A stretch of 32,000 nt of DNA from Buchnera aphidicola str. APS (Acyrthosiphon pisum) (GTDB lineage Bacteria > Pseudomonadota > Gammaproteobacteria > Enterobacterales > Enterobacteriaceae). The translations under genes and the position numbers were made by a program. Location: assembly GCF_000009605.1 (NCBI RefSeq), contig NC_002528.1:540001-572000 (forward strand), in the 5' to 3' direction. The notes below the pieces were generated by a model. It worked only from the letters and a program-made list of their open reading frames with translations. It was not told where the DNA came from and did no database searches. Shown piece by piece: positions 12,541 through 26,940 of the stretch (positions are counted from its first letter, which is position 1; every line of letters starts with the position of its first letter).

Positions 12541-13077
12541 TTATTTCTTTTTAGCCTCTTTTATACGTACAACTTCATTTGAATATCGTATGCCTTTTCC
12601 TTTGTAAGGTTCTGGTGTACGATAAGAACGCAAATTAGCTGCAATCTGACCAACTAATTGTTTATCTATACCTTGAATAATAATTTCTGTAGGAGATAAA
12701 TTTTCTGCATTAATACCCTTAGGCAAATGATATGTAATTATATGTGAATAACCTAGCGACATATTAATTATATTATCTTTTGTTATTGAAACACGGTATC
12801 CAACCCCAGATAATTGTAATTTTTTACTAAATTTTTCAGACACGCCTATAATCATAGAATTTACGAGAGCTCTTGAAGTTCCTGCTTGTGCCCAACCATT
12901 AGAAAAACCTAAACGTGGTGAAAAAATTATTTGATTGTTTAAAAATTCAATTTTAACTGATTGATGAATAGTACGTGAAAGATGACCGTATTTTCCTTTA
13001 ATTGATATATCTTGCAAATCTAACTGAACATTAACGCCAGAAGGAATAACAATTGGACATTTAGCAACACGAGACAT
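12541..13077 (-). CDS. rplF: 50S ribosomal protein L6
   Basis: The ORF-track entry (to 13119) was trimmed to ATG at 13077, giving [15 protein letters not shown], which matches the E. coli L6 N-terminus MSRVAKAPVVVPAGV. The trimmed protein is 178 aa. Confidence 0.96.
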   Translation of the reverse strand: MSRVAKCPIVIPSGVNVQLDLQDISIKGKYGHLSRTIHQSVKIEFLNNQIIFSPRLGFSNGWAQAGTSRALVNSMIIGVSEKFSKKLQLSGVGYRVSITKDNIINMSLGYSHIITYHLPKGINAENLSPTEIIIQGIDKQLVGQIAANLRSYRTPEPYKGKGIRYSNEVVRIKEAKKK

Positions 13078-13087
13078 GCTTCCTCCA

Positions 13088-13480
13088 TTAAGCCACATAA
13101 CAAATAACTTCACCGCCAAGACCTTCTTGACGAGCCATACGATCTGTCATAACCCCTTTAGAAGTAGAAATTACGGCTATTCCTAAACCGGACATTACTT
13201 TAGGTAGATTATTTTTGTTTTTATATATACGCAAACTAGGCCTACTAATACGTTGAATCATATCTACTACTGACTTCCCTTGAAAATATTTTAAAAATAC
13301 TTCCAATTCTAGTTTAGTATCACCCGTAACATTATAATCTTTAATATAACCTTCTTCTTTTAATAATTGAATAATTGATTTTTTTAATTTCGATGAAGGC
13401 ATTTTAACAGAATATTTATTTGCTAATTGACCATTTCGAATACGGGTTAACATATCCGCTACTGGATCTTGCATACTCAT
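13088..13480 (-). CDS. rpsH: 30S ribosomal protein S8
   Basis: 130 aa beginning [20 protein letters not shown], the canonical S8 N-terminus. Confidence 0.98.
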
Positions 13481-13508
13481 TTTTACGCTCCAAAACCTGA
13501 AAAATATT

Positions 13509-13814
13509 TTACCAACTTGCTTTTTTTAAACCAGGTATTTCACCTTTCATAGCGGCCTCTCTTACTTTAATACGACTTAATCCAAATTTACGCAAAAAAG
13601 CATGAGGACGACCTGTTTGACGGCATCTGTTTCTTTGACGTGACGGACTGGAATCACGCGGAAAAGATTGTAATTTAAGCACCGCATTCCAACGCTCTTC
13701 CTCTGATATACTCATATTAGAAATAATATTTTTTAATTCATGACGTTGTGTATAAAATTTATTAGCTAATTTTACACGTTTAACTTCACGCGCTTTCATT
13801 GATTGTTTAGCCAT
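13509..13814 (-). CDS. rpsN: 30S ribosomal protein S14
   Basis: 101 aa beginning [13 protein letters not shown] and ending [37 protein letters not shown], typical of S14. Confidence 0.98.
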
Positions 13815-13831
13815 TGAGCAACCTTATTTTT

Positions 13832-14371
13832 TTACTTGCGAAAAGGAAAATTAAAAGCAGATAATAATAAACGAGCCTCATGATTAGATTTTGCAGTAGT
13901 AGTAATTGTTATATCCAACCCGCGAACCCGATCAATTTTATCGTAATCAATCTCAGGAAAAATAATTTGTTCACGTATTCCTAAACTATAATTTCCTTGA
14001 CCATCAAAAGAGTGACTTGATAATCCGCGAAAATCGCGAATACGTGGAACAGCAATAATAATTAAACGTTCAAAAAAATGCCATTTTTTCTGACCACGCA
14101 ATGTAACTTTACATCCGATAGGATAACCTTGACGGATTTTAAAACCAGCAACAGATTTACGAGCTTTAGTAATTAGTGGTTTTTGTCCGGATATAGCAGT
14201 TAAATCTAAAATAGCATTATCTAAAATCTTTTTATCAGAAGCAGCTCCACCGACACCCATATTTAAAGTAATTTTATCAATTTTAGGAACCTGCATAACG
14301 GAACTATAATTTAATTCATGCATAAGCTGAGTTATAACTTTTGATTTGTAATAATCATATAATGTCGCCAT
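13832..14371 (-). CDS. rplE: 50S ribosomal protein L5
   Basis: The ORF begins ATGATG. The second ATG (14371) gives MATLYDYYK (compare E. coli MAKLHDYYK) and lies 7 nt from the GGAG SD. The first ATG (14374) is only 4 nt from the SD. The protein is 179 aa. Confidence 0.96.
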   Translation of the reverse strand: MATLYDYYKSKVITQLMHELNYSSVMQVPKIDKITLNMGVGGAASDKKILDNAILDLTAISGQKPLITKARKSVAGFKIRQGYPIGCKVTLRGQKKWHFFERLIIIAVPRIRDFRGLSSHSFDGQGNYSLGIREQIIFPEIDYDKIDRVRGLDITITTTAKSNHEARLLLSAFNFPFRK

Positions 14372-14385
14372 CATATTACTCCAAA

Positions 14386-14700
14386 CTATTGAATCGTTTT
14401 ACCAGTAGATTTAAAAAACCGAACTTTTCTCCCTTCTTCAAACCTAAAACCAATACGATCTGCTTTATTAGATTCAGGATTTAAAATAGCAATATTTGAT
14501 ATATGAATAGGTGCTTCTTTTTCTATAATACCACCACTTTTATTTTGAGATGGAACTGGTTTTTGATGTTTTTTAATTAAATTTAAACCTTTAACAATTA
14601 CTTGATTTAAAGATAAAATATTTTTAATAATACCTGTTTTTCCTTTATCTTTTCCTGTTAATATAACAACTGAATCATTACGGCGTAATTTTAATGCCAT
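14386..14700 (-). CDS. rplX: 50S ribosomal protein L24
   Basis: 104 aa, the same length as E. coli L24. It contains the KOW-type segment [18 protein letters not shown], and its position in the spc operon is conserved. Confidence 0.97.
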   Translation of the reverse strand: MALKLRRNDSVVILTGKDKGKTGIIKNILSLNQVIVKGLNLIKKHQKPVPSQNKSGGIIEKEAPIHISNIAILNPESNKADRIGFRFEEGRKVRFFKSTGKTIQ

Positions 14701-14725
14701 TTTTTATTCCTTAAAAATTTCATAA

Positions 14726-15094
14726 CTAAAGAACTTCAGGAGCTAGTGAAATAATTTTCATAAATTTTTCTGTTCTTAATTCACGTGTAACAGGACCAAA
14801 AATACGAGTACCGATAGGTTGTTCGTTATTGTTTAATACAACACAAGCATTGGTATCAAAACGAATAACAGAACCATCAGATCTTCTAACCCCTTTTTTA
14901 GTTCTTACTACTACCGCTTTAAGAACTTCTCCTTTTTTTACTTTTCCTCTAGGTATTGCTTCTTTAATTGTAATTTTAATTACATCACCTATCGCTGCAT
15001 AGCGACGACGTGAACCACCTAAAACTTTAATACACATAGCAGATCGTGCGCCAGAGTTATCAGCTACATGAAGAATTGTTTGTTCTTGAATCAT
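14726..15094 (-). CDS. rplN: 50S ribosomal protein L14
   Basis: 122 aa beginning [33 protein letters not shown], the canonical L14 N-terminus. It is the first gene of the spc operon. Confidence 0.98.
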   Translation of the reverse strand: MIQEQTILHVADNSGARSAMCIKVLGGSRRRYAAIGDVIKITIKEAIPRGKVKKGEVLKAVVVRTKKGVRRSDGSVIRFDTNACVVLNNNEQPIGTRIFGPVTRELRTEKFMKIISLAPEVL

Positions 15095-15163
15095 ATTTTT
15101 AAAACCTCAATTATTCTAATTAAAAATAATTTAATCCTCATATTACTGACATTTTATGAACAT

Positions 15164-15197
15164 AAAACATGAGCAGACGTGAGTTTGTTCATGTTTT
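15164..15197 (-). terminator. Hairpin at the S10/spc operon junction (possible weak S10-operon terminator or processing structure)
   Basis: The minus-strand RNA reads AAAACATGA, a 16-nt loop, then TCATGTTTT followed by ATGTTCAT, giving a 9-bp stem. A competing 7-bp pairing ATGAACA/TGTTCAT shares the same bases. The large loop and short U-tract make it a weak terminator at best. Confidence 0.3.
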
Positions 15198-15208
15198 GAT
15201 ATTTTTTT

Positions 15209-15460
15209 TTAAAATACTGTTTTTTCAATAATACGAACTAGGACCCAAGATTTTGTTTTAGAAATCGGACGAGATTCTCGAATTTCTATTAAATCACCTA
15301 CGGTACATTCGTTTTTTTCATCATGAATATGTAGTTTTGTAGTCCGTTTAATAAATTTTCCATAAATAATATGTTTTACAAAACGTTCAATTGCTACAAC
15401 AGCAGATTTTTGCATCTTATTACTTATCACACGACCTTGTAAGGTTCGAATTTTTTCCAT
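15209..15460 (-). CDS. rpsQ: 30S ribosomal protein S17
   Basis: 83 aa containing [26 protein letters not shown], typical of S17. It is the last gene of the S10 operon. Confidence 0.98.
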   Translation of the reverse strand: MEKIRTLQGRVISNKMQKSAVVAIERFVKHIIYGKFIKRTTKLHIHDEKNECTVGDLIEIRESRPISKTKSWVLVRIIEKTVF

Positions 15461-15657
15461 TATTTTATCTCTTCCTTTGAATCTAGCAAAGTCTTTACTT
15501 GTGCAATGTTTCGTCGAACTTTTCGTAATAAATGAGGTTGTTTTAATTTTCCAGAAACAGATTGCATACGAAGATTAAATTGTTCTCTCAATAATTGTAA
15601 AAGTTCTGTGTAAAGATCTTTTTTATTTTTTTTTCTAAATTCTACCAATGCCTTCAT
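15460..15657 (-). CDS. rpmC: 50S ribosomal protein L29
   Basis: 65 aa between rplP and rpsQ, similar to L29 ([10 protein letters not shown]). It has TAATG 1-nt overlaps at both ends. Confidence 0.97.
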   Translation of the reverse strand: MKALVEFRKKNKKDLYTELLQLLREQFNLRMQSVSGKLKQPHLLRKVRRNIAQVKTLLDSKEEIK

Positions 15658-16067
15658 TACATCACCATCTTATTTACAAAAGTAGTTTTAATTGGCAACT
15701 TAGCAGCTGCAAGTTTGAATGCTGCACGAGATTCTTCTTCAGTAACTCCTTCTAATTCATAAAGAATTTTACCAGGTTGTACTAAAGCGACCCAATATTC
15801 AACATTACCCTTGCCTTTTCCCATTCTAACTTCTAAAGGTTTTTGAGTTATAGGCTTATCAGGAAATATGCGAATCCACATTTTGCCTTGTCTTTTTATA
15901 CAGCGAGTTATAGCTCTTCTTGCAGATTCAATTTGACGAGCAGTTAAACGCCCTCTATCAATAGCTTGCAATCCAAAAGTGCCAAAATTAATATCAGTAC
16001 CAGACGCTAAACCACGATTTCGACCTTTATGCATTTTACGAAATTTAGTACGTTTTGGCTGCAACAT
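15657..16067 (-). CDS. rplP: 50S ribosomal protein L16
   Basis: 136 aa beginning [21 protein letters not shown], the canonical L16 N-terminus. Confidence 0.98.
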   Translation of the reverse strand: MLQPKRTKFRKMHKGRNRGLASGTDINFGTFGLQAIDRGRLTARQIESARRAITRCIKRQGKMWIRIFPDKPITQKPLEVRMGKGKGNVEYWVALVQPGKILYELEGVTEEESRAAFKLAAAKLPIKTTFVNKMVM

Positions 16068-16087
16068 TATTAGCTTCTCTCTCTTTC

Positions 16088-16789
16088 TTACTTTCTATTT
16101 TTACGATACTGCTTTTTTGTTTGGACAGAAGGTTTATCTAATCTTTCAACAGTTTCCATTCCACCTAATATTTCACCTTTAAAAATCCAAACCTTTACGC
16201 CTATCACCCCATATGTTGTATGAGCTTCTGAAATGCTATAATCAATATTTGCGCGTAATGTATGAAGAGGAACTCTTCCTTCTCTATACCACTCTCTACG
16301 AGCTATTTCTGCTCCTCCTAAACGTCCACTAACTTCAACTTTAATGCCTTTTGCACCTTGTCTCATTGCGTTTTGAACAGATCGTTTCATAGCACGACGA
16401 AACATTACTCTTCTCTCAAGTTGAGAGGTAATACTATCAGAAACAAGTTTAGCATCTAATTCAGGTTTACGCACTTCAGAAATATTAATTTGAACCGGCA
16501 CTCCAGTAATTTTAGCAATAGAAATTCTTAACTTTTCAACATCTTCACCTTTTTTTCCAATAACAATACCTGGTCTAGCAGTATAAATCGTCACTCGAAT
16601 ACTTTTAGCTGGTCTTTCGATAATGATTCTGGAAATTGAAGCTTTTTCTAATGTTTTCATTAAAAACTGACGAACTTTATAGTCACTATCTAAATGATCC
16701 GCAAAGTCTTTAGTGTTAGCAAACCAGACAGAATTCCATTTTTTTATTATACCCAATCGCATACCATTAGGATGTACTTTCTGACCCAT
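16088..16789 (-). CDS. rpsC: 30S ribosomal protein S3
   Basis: 233 aa beginning [24 protein letters not shown], the canonical S3 N-terminus. Confidence 0.98.
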   Translation of the reverse strand: MGQKVHPNGMRLGIIKKWNSVWFANTKDFADHLDSDYKVRQFLMKTLEKASISRIIIERPAKSIRVTIYTARPGIVIGKKGEDVEKLRISIAKITGVPVQINISEVRKPELDAKLVSDSITSQLERRVMFRRAMKRSVQNAMRQGAKGIKVEVSGRLGGAEIARREWYREGRVPLHTLRANIDYSISEAHTTYGVIGVKVWIFKGEILGGMETVERLDKPSVQTKKQYRKNRK

Positions 16790-16807
16790 TACTGATTCTC
16801 CTCGATG

Positions 16808-17140
16808 TTAACGATCAGACACAATTACAGTAATATGACTAGTACGTTTTAAAATACGATCTGCACGTCCTTTAGCACGAGGCATCATTCTTTTCATTGT
16901 TGAACCTTCATTAACAAATATTTTTTTAATTCTCAATTTATCTATATCTGCGCCATCATTATGTTCTGCATTAGCTACAGCTGATTCGACTACTTTTTTT
17001 ACTAAAAAAGCGGCTTTTTTATTGGTATAAGTTAAAATATTTAATGCTTGTGGCACTTTTTTACCGCGAATTAAATCTACGATCAAACGCACTTTTTGAG
17101 CTGAAGAGCGTGCTTGACGGTGTTGAGCTAAAGTTTCCAT
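16808..17140 (-). CDS. rplV: 50S ribosomal protein L22
   Basis: 110 aa beginning [29 protein letters not shown], the canonical L22 N-terminus. Confidence 0.98.
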   Translation of the reverse strand: METLAQHRQARSSAQKVRLIVDLIRGKKVPQALNILTYTNKKAAFLVKKVVESAVANAEHNDGADIDKLRIKKIFVNEGSTMKRMMPRAKGRADRILKRTSHITVIVSDR

Positions 17141-17175
17141 TTACTCCTCTTTTTATCTTTCGTGTTTCTTTTAAA

Positions 17176-17454
17176 TTAACGTTTTTTTACTTTCTTATCA
17201 GCAGTATGTCCTCTGTAAGTACGAGTTAAAGAAAATTCGCCTAATTTATGTCCTACCATTTCTTCAGTAACAAAAACAGGGATATGGCTACGACCATTAT
17301 GAATAGATATTGTTAAACCGACCATATTCGGAAAAATTGTTGAACGTCTTGACCAAGTTTTAATAGGTTTTTTATCATTTATTTTTACTGATTTTTCTAC
17401 TTTTTTTAATAAACTTATATCAATAAAAGGACCTTTTTTAAGAGAACGTGGCAT
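17176..17454 (-). CDS. rpsS: 30S ribosomal protein S19
   Basis: The ORF-track entry (to 17613, overlapping rplB) was trimmed by 53 codons to ATG at 17454, giving [20 protein letters not shown], the canonical S19 N-terminus. The trimmed protein is 92 aa. Confidence 0.97.
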   Translation of the reverse strand: MPRSLKKGPFIDISLLKKVEKSVKINDKKPIKTWSRRSTIFPNMVGLTISIHNGRSHIPVFVTEEMVGHKLGEFSLTRTYRGHTADKKVKKR

Positions 17455-17473
17455 AAAGTGATCCCTACAATAA

Positions 17474-18295
17474 TTATTTTCTGCGATGACGTAAAATAAA
17501 TTTATCAGTACGTTTATTTTTACGAGTCTTTTTACCTTTTGTCTGAATACCCCATGGAGTAACTGGATGTTTACCAAAATTTCGTCCTTCACCACCTCCA
17601 TGAGGATGATCAACAGGGTTCATGGCTGTTCCACGAACAGTTGGACGTATACCTATCCAACGAGAAGCTCCTGCTTTACCTAAAACTTTTAGCATATGTT
17701 CAGAATTACCTACTTCACCAATAGTGGCTCTACAATTAGACTGAGTTTTTCTCATTTCACCTGATCGTAATCTTAAAGTAGCATACTCTTCATCGAATGC
17801 CACTAGTTGAACATAACTTCCTGCAGAACGAGCTATTTGACCACCTTTTCCAGGTTTTAATTCTACATTATGAACAAAAGTACCTACTGGAATATTTTTA
17901 AGTGGTAGAGTATTTCCTGTTTTTATAGGTGCACGCAAACCAGAAATTATAGTATCACCTATCTTTATACCTTTTGGAGCTAAAATATACTTTCTTTCAC
18001 CATCTTTATATAATATTAAAGCAATATTAGAAGAACGATTAGGATCATATTCAAATCTTTCTACGGTAGCTCCTATATCATCTTTATTTCTTTTGAAATC
18101 TACAATACGATATGCTCTTTTATGTCCACCACCAATATGACGAGTTGTAATTCTACCATTATTATTACGTCCTCCGCTTTTACTCTTTTTTCTTAATAAT
18201 AAAGAATAAGGTTTTCCTTTATACAACTCATTATTAACAACTTTAATAACGTGGCGACGACCCGGAGATGTCGGTTTACACTTAACAACTGCCAT
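17474..18295 (-). CDS. rplB: 50S ribosomal protein L2
   Basis: 273 aa beginning [16 protein letters not shown] and containing [10 protein letters not shown], typical of L2. Confidence 0.98.
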   Translation of the reverse strand: MAVVKCKPTSPGRRHVIKVVNNELYKGKPYSLLLRKKSKSGGRNNNGRITTRHIGGGHKRAYRIVDFKRNKDDIGATVERFEYDPNRSSNIALILYKDGERKYILAPKGIKIGDTIISGLRAPIKTGNTLPLKNIPVGTFVHNVELKPGKGGQIARSAGSYVQLVAFDEEYATLRLRSGEMRKTQSNCRATIGEVGNSEHMLKVLGKAGASRWIGIRPTVRGTAMNPVDHPHGGGEGRNFGKHPVTPWGIQTKGKKTRKNKRTDKFILRHRRK

Positions 18296-18309
18296 TTTTT
18301 GTCCTCCGA

Positions 18310-18612
18310 CTACTCTGTATTACCTATGAAATCTAAATTACACCCTTTTTTAACTTTAATATAAGCTTTTTTCCAATGACTTCTCTGAATAATACGATTT
18401 GATTGACGCTTTTTTTTTCCTTTAACTTTTAATGTTTTTATACTATCAACATCGACATCAAATATTTTTTTTACTGCATATTTTATTTCATATTTAGTGG
18501 CGTTATTTAATACTTTTAAAACAACGGTATTAAATTTTTCCATAGATATAGATGTTTTTTCAGATACGTGTGGAGACAGAAGTATTTTAAGTAAACGTTC
18601 TTCAGAAATCAT
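18310..18612 (-). CDS. rplW: 50S ribosomal protein L23
   Basis: 100 aa beginning [19 protein letters not shown], an L23-type N-terminus. Its start overlaps the rplD stop (ATGA). Confidence 0.97.
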
Positions 18613-19214
18613 GAAAGTATCTCCTCTATTCTTTTCACTGCTTCAACAGTAATAACCACATGATCAAAAGCAATCAAACTAACAGGATCTATAGAATGCA
18701 CATCTTTCACGTCTACTGAATATAAATTTCTAGATGCAAGAAATAAATTATTATCTATTTTATTAGTAACAATAAGAACATTTTTTAAATTTATATCTTT
18801 TAATTTCTGTACTAAAAGTTTTGTTTTAGGTGCATCTAATGAAAAATTCTCAAAAACTATTAATCTTTTTTGGCGTATTAATTCAGAAAAAATACTTTTT
18901 AATGCACCGCGATACATCTTTTTATTAACTTTTTGACTGTGTTCTTGCGGTTTTGCAGCAAATGTAACACCTCCTGATCGCCAAATTGGACTTCTAAAAG
19001 ATCCTGCTCGTGCACGACCAGTGCCTTTTTGACGCCACGGCTTTCTACCTGATCCAGAAACTTCGGCACGACTTTTTTGTGCTCTAGTACCTTGACGGGT
19101 AGATGCTGAATAAGCAATAACGACTTGATGAATTAGAGCTTCATTAAAATCACGAGCAAAAATGATTTCAGAAACACTAAGAACATTTTGTACGTCTTTA
19201 ACTACTAATTCCAT
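18609..19214 (-). CDS. rplD: 50S ribosomal protein L4
   Basis: 201 aa containing the L4 motif [32 protein letters not shown]. Confidence 0.98.
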
Positions 19215-19231
19215 GCTTTACTCCTCACTGC

Positions 19232-19861
19232 TCAAACCTTAATAGCTGGTTTAACGATAAGATCACTACCGGTAGCACCGGGAACAGCACCTTTCACCAA
19301 AAGAAGATTTCTATGTTCATCAATACGTACTATATTCAAACTTTGTACAGTAACGCGAGTATTTCCTAATTGTCCTGCCATTTTTTTGCCTTTAAATACT
19401 CTACCGGGCGTTTGATTTTGACCGATAGAACCAGGTACTCTATGGGATAAAGAATTTCCATGTGTTGCATCTTGTGTATGAAAATTCCAACGTTTTACTG
19501 TACCAGAGAAACCTTTTCCTTTGGAAATACCTGTTATATCAACTTTTTTGACATTGTTAAAAATGTTAATTGTAATACTTTGTCCAATTTTAAAATTGTT
19601 ATTTTTATCGGTTCTAAATTCCCATAAACCACGACCAGGAGTTACACCAGATTTTAAAAAATGTCCGGATTGTGGTTTGTTTAATCTATTCGATTTTTTT
19701 ATTCCAGTTGTTACTTGAATAGCACAATAGAGATCAGTATTTATATTTTTTACTTGTGTGATTCTATTTTCTTTTAATTCAATTACAGTGACAGGAATTG
19801 AAGTTCCTTCTTCAGTAAAAATACGAGTCATTCCAATTTTTTTGCCAACTAAACCAATCAT
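19232..19861 (-). CDS. rplC: 50S ribosomal protein L3
   Basis: The ORF track starts at GTG 19870. ATG at 19861 gives [19 protein letters not shown], which matches the E. coli L3 N-terminus, and the AGGTG SD lies 8 nt upstream. The protein is 209 aa. Confidence 0.97.
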
Positions 19862-19891
19862 TGATTGCACACCTTAATCATGTCTATCTGA

Positions 19892-20340
<449 letters not shown>

Positions 20341-20457
20341 ATGTAAAATATAAATTTTTTATGATTTATTTAAAAAAATATAAATGTATTATTAATATAT
20401 GAATTTATTAAAAAAAACTAATTAGTTGTTTATACTATAATATAATACATATTAATC

Positions 20458-20486
20458 AAGAAAAGAGCATCTTATACTCTTTTCTT
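20458..20486 (-). terminator. Candidate intrinsic terminator downstream of tuf
   Basis: AAGAAAAGAG (20458-20467), a 9-nt loop, CTCTTTTCTT (20477-20486): a perfect 10-bp stem about 50 nt after the tuf stop. The stem is AT-rich and has no long trailing U-run on the minus strand, so its strength is doubtful. Confidence 0.4.
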
Positions 20487-20534
20487 AATAAATTCAACTT
20501 TGATGTTAGTATAAAATAGCCTAAATATAAATTA

Positions 20535-23895
<3,361 letters not shown>

Positions 23896-23924
23896 TATCT
23901 TTCTCTTATTTTTAGGTTTTAAAA

Positions 23925-23964
23925 AATTGAGTCTCATAAACTCAATTGAGATAATTGCCTCAAT
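23925..23964 (-). promoter_or_regulatory. Two mutually exclusive hairpins in the rpsG-fusA spacer (terminator-like plus competitor)
   Basis: On the minus-strand RNA, hairpin 1 is ATTGAG-GCAATTAT-CTCAAT (23964..23945). Hairpin 2 is AATTGAGT-TTATGAG-ACTCAATT (23947..23925), followed by TTTTAAAA. They share 3 nt, centred on the perfect 10-bp palindrome CTCAATTGAG (23941-23950). Function is unknown. Confidence 0.3.
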
Positions 23965-24009
23965 ATAATTTATAAGTAATACAAAAAACGATATAAAAAT
24001 CTAATATTA

Positions 24010-24480
24010 TCACCAACGATAATGAGCAAAAGCCTTATTAGCCTCAGCCATTCGATGTACTTCTTCTCTTTTTTTTACTGCTGTTCCTTTATTTTCTAAA
24101 GCATCATAAAGTTCATTTGATAAACGTAAAGACATAGATTTATCGACACGCTTGCGGGCGGATTCTACAATCCAACGCATCGCTAAAGCATTGCGCCGTA
24201 CTGGACGAACTTCAACAGGAACTTGATATGTTGAACCGCCAACTCGACGAGACTTTACTTCGACTGTTGGACGTACATTTTCTAAAGCTATTTCAAAAGC
24301 TTCTAATTCTTTTTTATCTGTACGTTTAGATAAATTTTTTAATGCAGTATATACAATAACTTCGGCAATAGATTTTTTACCATCTATCATGAGAATATTA
24401 ATAAATTTAGCTAGTAATTCTGAAGAAAACTTTGGATCTGGTAAAATTTTTCGAGTACCAATAATACGACGACGTGGCAT
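24010..24480 (-). CDS. rpsG: 30S ribosomal protein S7
   Basis: The ORF-track entry was trimmed by 4 codons to ATG at 24480, giving [18 protein letters not shown], the canonical S7 N-terminus. The GGAG SD lies 5 nt upstream. The protein is 156 aa. Confidence 0.98.
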
Positions 24481-24521
24481 AAAAAGCTCCATTTAATGAA
24501 AAGTATAAAAAGAAAAATTTT

Positions 24522-24914
<393 letters not shown>

Positions 24915-25029
24915 TCAATGGATTTTTGAAAAATTGTCAAAATAATATAAAATAAAAAATTATTCTTTATTATCATGAAGAATTTTAAGATTGGATATTT
25001 AAATTAAATCAAATTTAACTCAGTATTTT

Positions 25030-25317
25030 TTACCAAGTCATTTGTTTTTTATGTTTAAGTGTTAATGAAACGAAATGGATATAATTGATTAAAATAAATT
25101 CTCTAGAAATATTTTTTCTGATTCCTCGCGCATAAACATCTTCTTTTATAAGATATAATTTCACTGGAGACATAATTATACTCTTTAAAAAAATATTATC
25201 TTTTAATGCAATTAGCACACCATCTTGAAGAGCTAAAAAATCATCTGATTTTTTTAACATACTTATCACAAGAGAAACATTAGTCTCAAAAGGAGATTTC
25301 ATTAAAGTATGCAACAT
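25030..25317 (-). CDS. tusB: tRNA 2-thiouridine synthesis sulfurtransferase subunit TusB (DsrH family)
   Basis: The ORF track begins at TTG 25326. ATG at 25317 gives [10 protein letters not shown] (compare E. coli TusB MLHTLHRSPW) and a 95-aa protein. It contains [11 protein letters not shown] and follows tusC, as in E. coli. Confidence 0.9.
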
Positions 25318-25328
25318 GTTTATCAACC

Positions 25329-25688
25329 TTAAAAATTGATAATTGCGTCATAATTATCTAGTTTTAAACGCAAATTATACGAATCTAATACATCTATATT
25401 CAGTATAAAATTATTATTATTATTTAATCCTCGTTCAAGCAATGATGCCTTACAACAATAAAGATCTTTTATATTATATAAAGATAGTATAGAAAAAGAG
25501 GAAGTATAATTGCGAGCTAAAATATGTTCTGGTTGTTGGTTTTTTATTAATTGCAAAACACCGTCACCAATAAAAAAAACACTTATTTTTTTAAAAATTG
25601 ATGAAATGCTAAAAATGGCATCCAAACCTTCTCTACCTAAACTAATCCCGTGTGGTGCATGAGAAAAAACAAAAGCTACCATTTTCAT
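25329..25688 (-). CDS. tusC: tRNA 2-thiouridine synthesis sulfurtransferase subunit TusC (DsrF family)
   Basis: 119 aa, the same length as E. coli TusC. The N-terminus [26 protein letters not shown] resembles E. coli [26 protein letters not shown]. Confidence 0.92.
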
Positions 25689-25706
25689 TTTAATAAATAT
25701 ACCAAA

Positions 25707-26093
25707 TTAAAATTGTATTATGCGGTCACATATTTTTATAGATTTAGCTAATTCTATTAAACCACTTAATTGAAAAGAAAGCGCTAAATTACCCTTCTTA
25801 ACATTCATATTAAATAATTTTTCATCTTCTATTACACCTCTTCTTAAAGCTGCACTATTACAAACATATAATTTTACTTGATGTTTTTTGTTTAATCCTT
25901 GCCATGCGTTAATCAAATTGAACTCATCAATAGCTGGTGTAGTCATATTATTAGCATTAAGTACTCCATCACAATAAAAAAAAACACTATGTAATATATG
26001 TTTAGTTTTTAATAAAGATTGACAAAATAAAAAAGCAGTACTTGAATTTTGTGTTCCATAAGGTGGACCAGTTACTAATATTGTATAATTCAT
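25707..26093 (-). CDS. tusD: tRNA 2-thiouridine synthesis sulfurtransferase subunit TusD (DsrE family)
   Basis: 128 aa, the same length as E. coli TusD. Motifs include [21 protein letters not shown] and a C-terminal CDRIIQF. Confidence 0.92.
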   Translation of the reverse strand: MNYTILVTGPPYGTQNSSTAFLFCQSLLKTKHILHSVFFYCDGVLNANNMTTPAIDEFNLINAWQGLNKKHQVKLYVCNSAALRRGVIEDEKLFNMNVKKGNLALSFQLSGLIELAKSIKICDRIIQF

Positions 26094-26175
26094 TTTAAAA
26101 ATCTTGTACCAAAAACTTAGAAAATTAATATTTAATTATATCATATTTTAAAATTTAATAGTTATTATAAGTATA

Positions 26176-26940
26176 CTATACTCCATTAACTACATCTAAT
26201 AGTTCTATATCAAAGATGAGAGTAGAATTTGCTGGAATACCATTAACTTCTTCTGTTCCATATGCCAAGTTGGGAGGTATTACTAATTTTATTTTACCGC
26301 CTTTCTTTATATATTTTAATCCTTCTTTCCAGCCTAAGATAACATCTTTTAATCTTAGAGATACAGGTCTACCTCTTTTGTAAGAATTATCAAATTCCAA
26401 ACCATTAATTAGTGTACCTTTATAATGAACAGTGATTTTCGTCTCGTCTTTTAATGCTTCTCCTTCTCCAGCTCTTTCTAAAAGATATAGAAGACCACTA
26501 GACGTTTTTTTTACACCCTTTAATTTAGAAAAATTTTTCATATATAATTCTCCTTGAATAAAATTTTCTTTTGCGTTTTTTTTCAATTGAATTTTAGTCG
26601 CATGTTTTAATTTTTTTTCTAGTTCTTTTAGACCCGAAGAAATATCTTGATGCGAGAGTTTTAAATTTCCAGATATAGCATCTTGTATTCCTTTTAAAAG
26701 ACTATTCCTATCTAACTCGATTCCTATTTTTTTTTGTTTTTCAAAAGTTTGGTTTACATAATTACCGAAGGATAGACCTAAAATATAACCTAACTTTTCA
26801 TTATTATTATGAAATGTATTTTTTGTTTCTAAAACAGATTGCAAATGTATATCTGATATAGGCGCTGAAATTGAAAAAGATTTTGGAACATATAATATCA
26901 TCAAAAATAATATTATTCTTTTGAAAATAAAAAAAATCAT
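26176..26940 (-). CDS. fkpA: FKBP-type peptidyl-prolyl cis-trans isomerase FkpA (periplasmic)
   Basis: 254 aa with a hydrophobic signal-like N-terminus. The C-terminal FKBP domain (VHYKGTLINGLEFDNSYKRGRPVSLRLKDVILGWKEGLKYIKKGGKIKLVIPPNLAYG) closely parallels E. coli FkpA. Confidence 0.93.
   Translation of the reverse strand: MIFFIFKRIILFLMILYVPKSFSISAPISDIHLQSVLETKNTFHNNNEKLGYILGLSFGNYVNQTFEKQKKIGIELDRNSLLKGIQDAISGNLKLSHQDISSGLKELEKKLKHATKIQLKKNAKENFIQGELYMKNFSKLKGVKKTSSGLLYLLERAGEGEALKDETKITVHYKGTLINGLEFDNSYKRGRPVSLRLKDVILGWKEGLKYIKKGGKIKLVIPPNLAYGTEEVNGIPANSTLIFDIELLDVVNGV

Noticed and set aside
17455-17613. N-terminal extensions in the ORF track: rpsS (+53 codons, overlapping rplB), trpS (+52 codons to 31297, overlapping rpe), tuf (+29 codons to 21806, overlapping fusA), fusA (+14), rplF (+14), rplQ (+7), rpsG (+4)
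   Set aside because: The extensions have no counterpart in the well-known orthologues, they overlap the upstream gene, and each conserved N-terminal Met has a properly spaced Shine-Dalgarno sequence. They are artefacts of taking the longest ORF.
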